In this document: positions 11,344-24,559 of the stretch, piece after piece
Numbering within the stretch: the first letter of the stretch is position 1
How the letters are laid out: the number at the start of each line of letters is the position of its first letter
Source: Catajapyx aquilonaris
Taxonomy: Eukaryota
Assembly: GCA_000934665.2 (NCBI GenBank)
Contig: JYFJ02000421.1
Location: 62,001-126,000, forward strand
Reading direction: 5' to 3'
DNA length: 64,000 bases
Made by a program: the position numbers and the translations under genes
The notes under the pieces: model-generated
Databases searched by the model: none
Told to the model about the DNA's origin: nothing
Seen by the model: only the letters and a program-made list of their open reading frames with translations

Positions 11344-14300
11344 TTAGTGGTTGTGCTCTGAATGAAATGAAATTCTAGTGCTGTTAAATGTGGAGAATTT
11401 GTTAGCGCACCAGAAACTAATAACGATGTGGTATCCTGGAGGATGGCCTTGTGTCTGCTGGCGCTATTGAAATTAGACATGAAGGTTTAAATAATATTCG
11501 TGACGTACAAGTGTGTTATAAATGAAATAATTCGTACGCTTCTATTGTAAAAGCAACTGAATATGGGGATAATTTCTTTACAAGACCCTCGTTTTAATAC
11601 GGGACAAGGATCTCACCAAGGTCTCATAAATATAACGTCTGAAGTCAAATTACGGTATAACAGCAACCGAGTGAGTCTGAATCACTACCAGTGCAATGTG
11701 TGCAATCTCAAGCAATCTAATAATCATTAGAATTTAATAGCATTAACTCAATATTTGTAAGTAGCGCAGCACAGCACTTAAGGTAATAATACATTTCAAC
11801 ATATATAAAATTAGATTGTAACAAGTAATTTGAAGTCAGACCGATAATGAATACTATTTAAGAGAAATCATACATCTTTATATACCGAAAACTAAAATGT
11901 ATGTCGATAATTATATCCCCTCTCCCCTTCCCCCTGTCCAAAATTATCAACTATTGGGAAATCCCCCTGCCAATAACCCTCCCCTGGGCAGTCCATTTGT
12001 GATGATACATATCGTATTTAGTTTTTTTTGCATTGCTGACTTAAACCGTTCAGATTTGCCGTATTTGTCATCTGCTGGCAAATAAATGGGACCCTAGATA
12101 CACAAATTTTCGTAAATAATAAAAAACGTATCCTGTCAGTTACGCGACCCGCCTGTGTTGAAGCAAAGGCGTGCTCCATATCGGATTTCCTGAGTCCCAT
12201 GTGATTGACCGATTTACCTCCTGAAGCCACGGGATGTGTCTGGCCCTCCCAAGAATCACGATCAAAATCTCTATCTGACAGAAATCACCTCCTTTGATTC
12301 GGGAATACACTTACCCCTCCAGAGTGTGCGCTGGCCCGACTGACCCAAGTCGCCTTAGAATCAAACAGTGGACAGGCCATATTTAGAATAATGTCAATCA
12401 AGTCCGCCATCTTACTGGCCTACAAAACCTGCCAATCAGCCGAGGCCCCGTTGACGTCACAAACTACCCGACGCCGTTTCTCACGGGAGTTGTGCTACCT
12501 CCTGTACACCTGACTTCCGCAGCCCCTTAACGGACATCAGGGATTACTATGATTATAATAAGCAAATGTTCCCATTTAGAAAAGCGCTGTTTTTCTAACA
12601 CGCACTACTTTCTACATCTATAATTATTACCGACGACATTATAGGCCGCAACCGCAATCATACGCAGATATCAAGTAAAACTCTAATAAGACTTGCACCA
12701 TTAGATGTTTCCACCAGGGTGGTCATTTCACATTTTTTTTTTGATGGGTTGTTCTACCCCCCCGCCCTTTTCCCCTGTTGCTTATACCTGAGGCCATCGC
12801 AGCTGTATCTATATGCCTGGTGTGTGTGGATATAGGACATGTGCATAGATCGCAGTTACTGTATAGGGAGCTGATGAGCAGGCAGACCACGTTTCGTCGT
12901 CGGAAGCCTCTTTGCTTCCTGCAGAACCAACTATCTATTTCAGCTTTCCTCGCGGATCACTGCGTATCAAAGTTCCCCCCTAATAAATCTGTGTTGCGCT
13001 GTAATCTCCGCCGCTCTCTTGTGGGTTTCGCGCGGCAGATGTCATTTGTTTTATAATAACAAATCTGGCGTCTTTTCACGCCGGATGACTCTCCAGCGTC
13101 CCATACAGTGATGATTTCTGACACTTCTCTAATAGAAAGTAATAGAATTGGCCCGGGCCGCGGCTGGAAAATTGAATGAGATTTGGACACTTACTTTTCA
13201 TTTTTTATGCCCAACCGGGGCTGTCTTTCTTGGCCGAGGAGACTACCACAAGACGAGAAAAGTGTGCTATAAAACCTGCGATAAACCGATTGTAAAAATG
13301 TCTCGCGCTTTCCTTACGACTTCGATTGGATCCTTTGGAAGGAGGAGGGGTGGGGAGAGGATGGGGAGAGGATGGGGAAAAAATTACCTCCATTAACTCA
13401 CTCCGCATGCGGTTCATACTAAGCGCCACCATTGTTTTTGCATTCAGAGGGTGTTGGGGGAAAAAAAAGTCTGCGGCCATTTAGGAGGGAATAAATACAC
13501 TCGACTTTTATAGAGGCAGAAGAAGTCGAGGGTGTTTAAACCGGGGACATGCGAAAGGGTTTTGAAAAATCAGTCCACTACAAAAAAAAACAGCACCGGT
13601 CGTGGTCAAAGAATGGGCATTGTCGACGGGATTTCTGGTAGAAAATTATTGGTCACTCGGACATGACATCTGAATTAGAAATATTCCCAGAAAGGATATT
13701 CAATTTTTTTAAATGAAGGAAAATGTACTACTTGTAATTTCATACCTTCATGTTTGCGACATTAAAATCAATTCATTCCATTCGTGAAGTTTAATTTCTT
13801 GGGACCATTGTTCAGGTGAACTCCCAGTTCTTGATGAAGTGGAAATAATCAATAGTTAATCACCCATCCTGCCCACAAGGAATGGGATACAGTGCACTTA
13901 CACCTCCATTATTGGTTCTGCTACACCGTCTGACTGGTGAATATAAATTGGTGTTTTGTGTGGAATATCAGAAAGTTATATTTTTGGAGGTTCAGTCTAT
14001 TCTTGAACAAAAATAGAACATCTATCGCGGTTTCTATTTATGTAGCAAAAGGTATGCTTATGGACCAAATCAGACCAACTGGAAGAAAAAAACACTTTAA
14101 AGGCGGTCCTATTTATTACGTACAGTTGTAGTCTACGTGTAAATGATTGTTTTATTATTTGTAAGTTCACAACTTTCCCTACAACTAGCTAGGCAAATGA
14201 ATAATTTTATTAGTAGTGCTACTTTTAGCTGCTTATACTTACAGTATGTGTTTGTAGCTACAAATTAGTAGCTATATGCGGGGCGATTGTTTGTGATTAC

Positions 14301-15458
14301 TTGTGCATACTAGTTCAAACTAATGTCATTAACTCATGCAAAATTAATTGTGATGAAAAAGAGCACTATTCAGAAATTGGCCTGATTAGGGGCTATTGAT
14401 AAATCTCATTATTTAACCAATCTAAATTAAGTGACAAAGCTTACAGCCTAAGACTTTTATAACCAGTCCCGATGGTGAAGTGCAAGTAAGTGAATATGCA
14501 TGTGCTTGATAAGTTCATCTTACAATTCAAGTAAGTCTTACTGAAAATGAACTAACCCAGACTTATGTCCCGAATAAATATTTAAGCCAATATTTAGCGT
14601 CCGTTGAGCCATATCATCGAAGCTGTTTGTAACATTATCGCAACCAATTTGAATTTAGGGTGTAGTCTCTGGTGCAGCCTTCCCCCGCAAAAAAATATTT
14701 AACCCATATATTGGCCACGCCACGTTCTTCCGGAAACGGTAAGCTTGTAAACAAGAAAATCAAATCTTAGACGGCAACCGATTAGTCCAGAACCAGTCCC
14801 CACTAATAACAACGCATGCAAATTATAGGCTACCCATACCTGTATCCAGATTCGAAGCCGATAAGTTTGAAAATTTTTTACAATATGCGAGCCCACCTAA
14901 AAATTCGAACGCATGTTTACTGTTTGTCGAGACCAGATTCGGAGCGGTACGGCCTAATTGCGAGTTAATATGTGGCATGGGCCGAGCTTAGCTAGTAATT
15001 ACAAATACCGAGAAAGGAGTCCGGAATCTACCTCCGCATCTGCCTACCCTGCAAAATATGCCGAACTCATGGGTTTACGAATTATGCATCTTCCTGAATC
15101 TTTAAGTATGGCTGCAACGTGTCCAAACAAGCCATCTTTTAGCCTTTATGTCGGTAAATGATGGCTCTTTGGATCTGTATATCCCATCTGTCCCCAAAAA
15201 GAGATAGAGATAAATAAACAAAATAGGAAAAGCATGATTTCCAGTGGTAAACGGTTTGATGACTGCATTTCCAAGTGAAACGCATGCAATAAACTATCGT
15301 CACGTGTATTGCAAATTCATAGCGTTATTTGTATTCAACACGGTCTCGCGACTAATAATGCGGATTTTGTTCTTTTTCCTCCGGCTGGCAGATCGCTCTG
15401 AAAACTAAATGACGCGATATTTCAAAAACGGTGTCATTACGACCTTGGCGACATTTGA

Positions 15459-15522
15459 CATGGCAATGTGGGAGTCATGGCAATGTGGGAGTCATTACAA
15501 TGTGGGAGTCATTACAATGTGG
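15459..15522. repeat. 17-bp minisatellite, ~3.7 copies
   Basis: cat(gg/ta)caatgtgggagt repeated in tandem. Confidence 0.9.
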
Positions 15523-18321
15523 CAGAGAGCTGTGTCAAGTCCCTCTAGATTTTTAACAATGGCAGTTTAAATTTCCGGGGAGAGAACCGTGCTAGATTCC
15601 GCTTTCACTCAATAGATAGCCTTTATACACCAAGTTAAATTAAGCTTAACCCCAATAATTTCAATGCGGAGTTTTGGCAAGTTTTCATATTTTCTCCAGG
15701 AAATTCCTGCTAATACGAGCTACAGCATATATGGGACTATACGTGAATACAAATTGTGCAGAGTAATTATAACTACTGTATAGTAGACCTACTTAGATGC
15801 TTGAAGCTAAACCCCATCTGCGTGATAATACCAGACTGTGGTGTTTCCTAATAATATTCTTGATTATCTTTAGTTCAGGCATGCAAAAGGTGGGGCACAC
15901 GCATGACTCAATGATTACTCAACTATTGATGATCGATGCTTTTCTTTCTGATTGATTAGGTGTATCACCATGTGCTATGAAAGCTCTCAAATGTCACAGT
16001 TTGATGAACTATAAGGTTTGAAAGAAAACTATATTAGATTGTAGGCACGTATCCCTATATGTTAATTTTTTCACCTTAACTTATAATATATTTATACTCA
16101 GCCTGCAGTCTATAACTCAGTTTGCCCGTATACCCCTTGGTACCGGATTTCCCCTGAAATATTCATTCACGAAAAACACGTCTGCTCATAACAATCAGTT
16201 TCCCACCGAATCCTCCTTTATGATACAACCCTGCCTCTAAAAAAAAAGTGCATACCTTGCACCTCCGCAACCAAACACTTCCCCTAGAAAAACGTCATAA
16301 CATTTGACGATTATTATCAAGCAAGTTTTATTTCCGGCCGTTTGAACCTCCGCATCTTGTTTACAACACCCCCGGATGATCAGCGGTTGCAAAAGTAATA
16401 CGTCCCCCAGTATAACTAGGGAACATAAGCCCCTCGAGTAAAAAGACAATAATGAAGGTGGAAGTGGCAGGTAGGTCTGATCAAAGGCCTGGATCATTCC
16501 GCCTCCTAGTTAGGTTCATTACACCTGCCGCCAAATCGAGGGCAAAACACGCCATTTAGGACAAACATCTTTTTACGACCAAGGCGTGGGTAAGCTTATA
16601 TTAAGGACTGTGATTGAGACTCGCGATTCATCTCTTCTTTAGCAACATTCGTTTTCCTTAACTTCCAGACCTGTATACACCCTCGTGTGTAAATTCGACA
16701 AATCGATCAGTTTTTTGGGAACTGGAGGGATGGGCCCGTAATTGGTCATCACTAGTTTCAAGAAATATGGTGGTGGAGGGAAAACACATTAAGGCTCCAT
16801 ATACCTCCCGTGAGAGATAAGCACTTTTGATAGATTATTGCCAAGGTCTTTTGCACCGGCTAGGCTGTTACATGTAGCAATGCTCTAATATTCTTGTTAT
16901 CATGGGCCAATTTGGATTCTTTTTATCTTGCAAGGCGTTTTGCCTTGTGTATATGGGCAGTATGGGAGATAGCTAGGGCTAATTTGAAAGAGTGCTATAA
17001 TTCTGATAAGCACTTGGTGGAGCCGCCTATTTCATATTATAAAAACCTGGGTGGGATTACAGTACAATCACTGCCTCATAACGGGATCTTGCAATTATGG
17101 AGTATTTGGCTTGCCAGAAACGTTTGGCACACACGACTGATCAATAAGTATGGCAATATTGAGTCTGTTTATTTCTTATTAATCGATGCCAAATCACAAG
17201 GTTATAGTATCACTATACTCTGAAGTAGGGCATATACAGCAAAGACCTTCATTTTACTTGCTAATTTGCTATTTATTTCTATTTTTAGTTGGCTGACGGT
17301 GATGTGCTGAATCCAATTTAGTAGCGGTCTCAATATTGAAATATTCAAACTGCAATTGTATTTTAAAGGTTACTGGAACCCACTCGCATGTCACCAGAAA
17401 ATCTTATTGATACCTAATGTAAAGTAAAAATGGGGGGGAATTGTTGCCTCATATCAGTCGCATTGTCCAGCACGTGGCCACTTTTAACGTCCATTGATGC
17501 AACAGTTGTAGTTGTTGTCTCGGCAGCAGCGGCGGTGGGCAGCAAAACAAAGCTTAATAAAGAGGCAGGACTAAGCTCAAGACATGCACGTTTGATTTGA
17601 TGCTGTTAATATAGGGCTGTTTGCCTGCACGACACGCCATTTTAGTGGTTACCTTAAGTAAAATACGGGCGTGTGGCATCAAGCAAATGAATTGTGCCTA
17701 ATCATTATGTTGCAATTGTATATGCTTGTCCAACTGGAAGCATGATACCAAACTAGGACACTGTGCATGATGCGATAATTTGAAACATGGTGAATGTACC
17801 GTACATTAATTCAAACACACAGATATCTATCTGCAAGAAAAGTTAAAAAGAGGTCTCACACAAAAAGCAGTGCTTAAAAAATAAGCCCATCTGTTTATGT
17901 TGAGAGTGACAGCCAAAAAGTGTTCGCTGGTCTCTATATAGTAACTTAGAGTAAGTTATATACGTGTTGTGTAAATATTTATTCTACTTCTACTTAGCTA
18001 ATACAGAGTGAGCCACTGCCAAAGTCCCCAGTCAGCAAATTGAAGGTCTATATATAGGCTAGGGAAATAAGTTTTGAGCGATTTACCGAAGCAATCAGTT
18101 ATGAAAAACAAAAGTAATCCGTTGGAATAAACAATGAGCAGGACATAAAGTCCCTCCATTGCCACAGCCCACCTCCTTGTTGTTGCTGTTGTTGTTGATG
18201 TTGATGATGATGATGTTTCGGGGATTATTGTAGCAATTTATGCTCAATTGTCATTGGTAAGATCTCCTTGGACAGCTGAGTTGGATGACCAAAATAAATT
18301 GTTGTTTTCCTTTATATTATA

Positions 18322-18749
18322 CAGGGTGTATCGGAACTCTACCATAAGCCATATGCCAATGGCGTAATGGTCAGCATATGATCATTTACAGTATCGGAAT
18401 CATAGGCCTGGGCCGCCGCATGACCGAGATAATTGACCTCAACCAATAGGTATAAAATATCCTGGCAGGTATGCAAACCTTCAGCCGCCAATCGCATCAC
18501 AGGTGATGTCGCAGCTATTTTCTGGGGGGCTACTGCCACACTGCTATTGGGGTAGTCTAATTTGTAAGAGCAATGGCACTTGGTACTGCTATTCTACAAT
18601 CACGCTTAAGCGCAATCGCTACTTCGCAAATGATCAATTATCTACGTGATGTGGCTGCCTAGACATGATGACCCCTCTACATATAATGATGCTCTGGTGC
18701 CCCTTATGCCATTGGTACATGGCTTATGGTAGAGTTCCGATACACCCTG
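18322..18749. mobile_element. Tc1/mariner-type MITE
   Basis: TA|cagggtgtatcggaactctaccataagccat ... atggcttatggtagagttccgatacaccctg|TA. Perfect ~31-bp TIR that extends imperfectly, with TA TSD. Confidence 0.92.
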
Positions 18750-19940
18750 TATAGTGTATACCCTAGTTACTATATGTAGGGTAAAGAAGCCGTACTTGTA
18801 CCTTCTTACTCTGCCTTCCACCTTGAGCTCGGGTCTTGGACCAGTGCACTATCCGAGTACTACCTTGGACAGTACAGGATCAGGAGGTGGACAAAGGGAA
18901 TGTGAGCTGCTTTTTCTTTCAGTTTTATCTACTGTGGTAAACAGTAGTCCTGCATCTTATTCGCAACTTTTTGACTCTTAACGCCCCTTCTCAGAGCCAT
19001 TTCTTTTTCCAAAACAACATTTTAGAAACTATTTTCAATTATTATTTGATTGCTAAGGAGGGGGGGGGGGGTGGTCCAAAGCTTATCTGAGGGCCTTTAG
19101 ACGGGAAAGCAATTAAGACTTAATATGCAATAATGAGCAAGGAAAGCGAGGACAAAAACCTGCTATGTGACTTGAGGGTATTTTTAAGAAAAACTATAAA
19201 TAAATTCTCTAGCGTCTGAAGTTGACAAGCAAGCAAGACTAATACATATAGATAGATGTTATTTCTTGTGACTTGAAGGTGCATTAAAAACGAATTAACT
19301 GGTTGTCAAAGAAAAAATGTGATAATAAGTGCACGTATAACACGTTTTTTTCGAGTAAGAAATTTCTTTGCAAAGAAACACTGGATAGTGCTTGCAACTT
19401 TGAATTACCCCATCAGAAGACTTCCACGCCTTCTGACCATCATATAGCCTATGATGGATTTCTACTAGTCTTTCTCGGCATCTGATAATGCTTCAACCAA
19501 CGTTATATCTTCTGCCACATTATCACGTCATTTCAAGGGGATCATAATTATAATATTACTGACGGCTGCTATAATGTCCAATATACTATTAGGCCGGGTT
19601 GCACCGGCTCCCGAAAAGTTTGTCTGGCCGAAGAAGAGCCAGGATAGTTTGTTATTAAGTGGAAGTGACTATGAGTGTGCACTATAAAATTTATAATATT
19701 TAAATCCTTGGCTGTATGATTATGCCTTCTGATTGGCCCGCCGCATATTGTTACCGCGACGTTTCCGATTGGCCCCCTCACACAACAATATGAGTAAGGC
19801 TAAACAGCGTCATTTTGTTGAAACAGTTTACCCATATTGTTGAGGTAATTTCCATGGAAAATTGAAAAGTGGGAAACGCTAACCACTATGAATATTTCAA
19901 TAGTTGTAATGACAAATGAAATGGAGGGAAGCTAATAATT

Positions 19941-20191
19941 GAAGACCTCGGGAGAAAAACGATCAAGGTTCACTTCAGGTGAAACTGAGATAATCCCATT
20001 TTAAATTTCGAATGCCCTTAAGGCTCCATTGTAAATCCCACTTTCGGGGCCTTCCATTGTGACCTATGACCATAACTCCATGACCACGACCAAACCATCA
20101 TATTCTAAACTAGTGAAAGTATCTTCTGAGGTATGTAACTCATTTTTGGCAAAAAGTAATAGACCTTGATCGGTCTTCCCCCGAGGTCTTC
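19941..20191. mobile_element. MITE with ~30-bp TIRs and possible AATT TSD (superfamily uncertain, Sola-like possible)
   Basis: aatt|gaagacctcgggagaaaaacgatcaaggt ... accttgatcggtcttcccccgaggtcttc|aatt. Confidence 0.75.
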
Positions 20192-23100
20192 AATTGCAGC
20201 ATATAGTAACCCATGTTTATTTATTTTTGTTCAATTCTGGCCACACAATAATGGGAGCTCGCACTTAAAAGGATAGCAGTGCACTTTCAACCTGTAAAGT
20301 AACCTGCATATCAATAAGCAGGAATCCTGTAAGCAATTTGTCTTCCTTACTGGACTACCCTGTATATACCGTACATACCGTAAGGCTCGAAGGAAATATG
20401 AATGTTCATGTTTTACTGTCTCTCTCTCAGAACAATATCAAATAGACTATTCGTTCTCTGTCATAATATTTTCTGCCCTTACATTACGACTGAAGCTGGC
20501 GATCAAATATCTTGCACAAGGCCGATATTGCGATGGTATCCAAGCAGTGGTATCAGCATTTGAACACGTATGAGAATTACGCGGTGATTATTCCATGTCA
20601 TCCTGTTGTCGGAAAGAATGGCGATCGCAAACGCATACAAAAATGTTGCTAATTAATCACATACCATTTATCCTTGCCATTCACTGCTATTCCGGACACA
20701 GAGCATCGGGATCCTCTCAAAATGTTCTAACACCATTTTAAAGTTTAACTGTAAAGCCCGGTTGTATGAACTCAAATTAATGGAAAATCTCCCATTATGT
20801 TGTGATGGATTGCCTCCCGACCCCATAGGGGTACCAGGGTCGTGATCGTGGTTCAAGCCCGTTTATTCCAGCTAACTTCAACCAAGGCTGCTGCAATATT
20901 ACGAACATACCGTGCAGTTCCCCCACAACCCCAACGCCCTCTACCATCCAGCAGGTATCACTATTACACTATACTGTATATAGGTACTGTATTCACAATT
21001 CGTAAATTTTGAGTCCATACAACCGGTGTCGATGCAATTCAGGTAAAGCAGTGTTGAAATAATATTTCATCAGCCTTTCCAACCATAAGGATGGATAGCA
21101 GTGTCAGTCACGAAGATGTGAGAGGGGATGCTCAAATTAAGTTCGCCATCTGCATGCGCTCGACAGCACCCCCTCTACCCTCCCTCTTTCAAGATGCTAA
21201 TACAGGAGCAGGGGAGGGTAGGAGGGGAGTTAGGTTAGGACAAATAACATACGGGGGCGGGGGGAGAAAGCACGCCATCCACCCAGGAAAACAAATCTGT
21301 TCATTTGCATAATGGAGAACCTCTTTAGGCTTATCTGGGCCAGGCTTTATCGGACGACAAATCAAGTTTTAATTTACGCGAACGCTCCGGCTTTGTTGGC
21401 GGCCGGGAAGAGCTTCCAACGGATTCCTAATTTCGTTAACGCGGCTGATAGCGGTCGTGAATTTGCGGCCGGGACCCTGGATGCGCCTTTTCCCAGGGTG
21501 AGAAGGGGGGAAGCTGACACTAGGGGGGACCTGGAAGAACAGGGGGGTGAGGAGGGAAAATGGTACTATCCGGTATTATGTGACTCCTCATAGACTTGCA
21601 CACTATCCTTCTTGGTGCCAGCTCAAGACTATAGGATGTGTAGGGCTCATTTTTTGGCAGCTGGAGGGTGGGGCTATATGCTCAGGATGGCTGCAGGTGT
21701 AATGGAGGTTGGTGTTCACAATGGTTATTGTGGTCATTGAAAGTTGGTCAGGTTTCTCCCCGCAGGGTATTTCATGCTAACACATTCGTTTTCGATCTTG
21801 TACCAGGTGGTCCTAGATAGTTTCCCACACCATGTCGTGAAGCTCGTTAACAATTTGGGTCTGGGAATGTAGGGAATGGGTATTTGCGGTGGTTTAAAAT
21901 TCTTTTAAAGGAAAAGTTATGTTGTGCAATGGAGCAATAAATTAGCAAAATTGCGGATCAAGTCTTGTAGTTCAAACGCGCAAAAAATGAAAGCAGTTTA
22001 GAACTATATCAGAGTAATATTTTGCATACTTTCAGATGGTCAAGCCATATGCTTTGAAGTTTATAGAAATGTTGGTAAATTTTAACCCCTTAAGGGTATA
22101 AGCATATAAGAGATACGAACACATTTTTCTGCAAACTCCAAACCTTCATATCTCTAAATCATACCATTGCATTGTGCCATTGATAATTCTACATTTCAAA
22201 ACTTCAAATTTAATTAGTGATTTAAAATCCCATTTGAAGCGTGGGAGTTATATTAATGAGACTCATGCTCATGTGCAGTGTACACGCCTTAATTATCTAA
22301 GTCACACGTATGAAACAGTAGGCTCATGTATGCAGTGCAATTAGCTTTCGTGGCAAAAGGTGGGCGAATGCACTTGTGACGTCTGCCGCACAGTTCGTAT
22401 ATATACGAGTGAGGCGTATCTTATAATATAACGACCTATAGTGGCTCCATTTGTGTCCTTGTATCCCATAATGATTTCCTATGTACAGTACCAGTTATGA
22501 AAATGTTTCAATTGGGCGTTCAGGACAGCTGTGTCATAGATAGAGCCAGTCATCCAGATTTCTTCGAATTATATTTTACATGGCAAAATGAGAAAATATC
22601 ACTTAGGAGTACAGTCTACTGGGATGTATATATAGAATACAAGTTGGTCAGTGCTCTGTTCCAAATCCAAGCATCAACATAAGTTAACTATCTCAGATCT
22701 ATAACTTGTGTAGGTATGTCCGCGGTAGAAACCTGTTAGGCTTGTAAAAGCAGAGTTAAAATTACTCCTGATGAAAATTACATGCTTATTATCACTTATA
22801 TATACGCCTTCTTCGCATCAGGGTGAAAAACTCTTTGACCTCTCCTCATCCGGGTAAATCTCCGTGGCAATGAACTACTGTACGAACGTAATTAGGTGGG
22901 AGCGTTGTCGCATCACGCCACACTTCATGCCAACTTTTCAGAAGGAGCGAATCAGTGCAAATATTACCATATTTCAAAAATGTAAAACGCATGCGCCTAA
23001 AAATATTTTCAAGAAATCTCACAAAAATCAACAGGGCCAGTTAACATCAAGATCTTTAGCGAGCAAAATTGATACAAACATCACCATGTTGATCGAACAC

Positions 23101-24559
23101 TACATCGTTTTGTATAGCGCTGCTATCTGATATGACAATAACATGGTACTGTATGTCTGTATATGGACGTAGCAAAAAATGTTGGGAAATAAGTAAGAAA
23201 CAACACTACTACAGCCAACGACATTATAAGCAATGTGAAACTGCATTACACAATACGAAATATGAGAATGCATATTTTAATGCCCTCAATCTTTGATCAA
23301 ATCTCATTAGAGGTATTAGAACACCGGCTGTATTCACCTCACCTCTTTCCTTGTGATTTTTCCATATTTCCAAAAAAAATCTAAATTGCCAATGGGCAGT
23401 GAGTTGCATCTGAACGGCATCATGCAGCAACACAATCTCTGGCTGATATCACCTCCTATACGTTCGCATCATGTCACTATCACATCTGGTAAAGCACTGG
23501 CAGAGCTACAACTCTGATGCCTGAGGCATTTTACTTTGCATCGTAAAATACGTATTCTCAAGTGCACACAGCCTGACTTATGTTCAAAGCGACGCATATA
23601 AATATAATATTCAAATGCAATATTACGAAATTGTTTTTTTGCAGTATATTCTATAACAACTGAAATTAATAAAATGCTGTAATTAAATGAAGAAAAGTAG
23701 CCTCACCTTTCAGGGAAGAGGGACTCTTGTAGCATTTTAATTCAACCTTAGAATAGTATAATGTCTTCACAAGCCTTTAATTGTTAATGACCTTGTTGAT
23801 ACTGTTCATAGTCAATGTTTCCCATTGTTGCGTGATTACTATACTTGTACAAGTACATTATATGGATGAATATATACTATGGTAACTTTTTATCATTACA
23901 CTAATCGGTCTTGAGAATAATATTCTCCTTAACACATGTTGTAGGTGCTGCTTCATATACCGTAAAGTTTCAAAAACCTCACTGAAACTAACATTATCAG
24001 CAGGCACCTAATCATACCGAGGTGATTCACCAGTTAACAAACTGTATAATATTAATAAATTTTCAAAATATCCCATAAAAAATATCACGCGATTCTGACT
24101 GGATATAGCGTCAGAAAACTAAACGACATCTTCATGTAAATGAGCCGAACAATTCAATGCTGATACAAAATCAGCTCTAAACAAAATCTCTCGCGGACCG
24201 TACAGATCCGAGGTAAAACGGTCCCTTCCCTTTCTCTTAATGGATGCTGCACATGTCCCTACAAAACACTCAAATTCAAGAGCGTAGTATCGATCATCTG
24301 CGCAGGGAGATCTCTATTTTGCTCCCTGCTCGTGAGCAATTTCTCACAGTCTGTAAAAACATAGAAGCACCAGGGAATAATGAATCACATTTTTTCCCTC
24401 CTTTCTTGTGATTCAAGATGCTACGCTGTCCTATCCTGGCATATACGAACATGAAGCATACCGGTATCTTTGCACACTTCTCTGTCAATATAATATACTT
24501 GTTATATCAATTCCATTCTCTTTTCACCGGTATGAAATTTTTAATGAGAAGGCCTGGTT

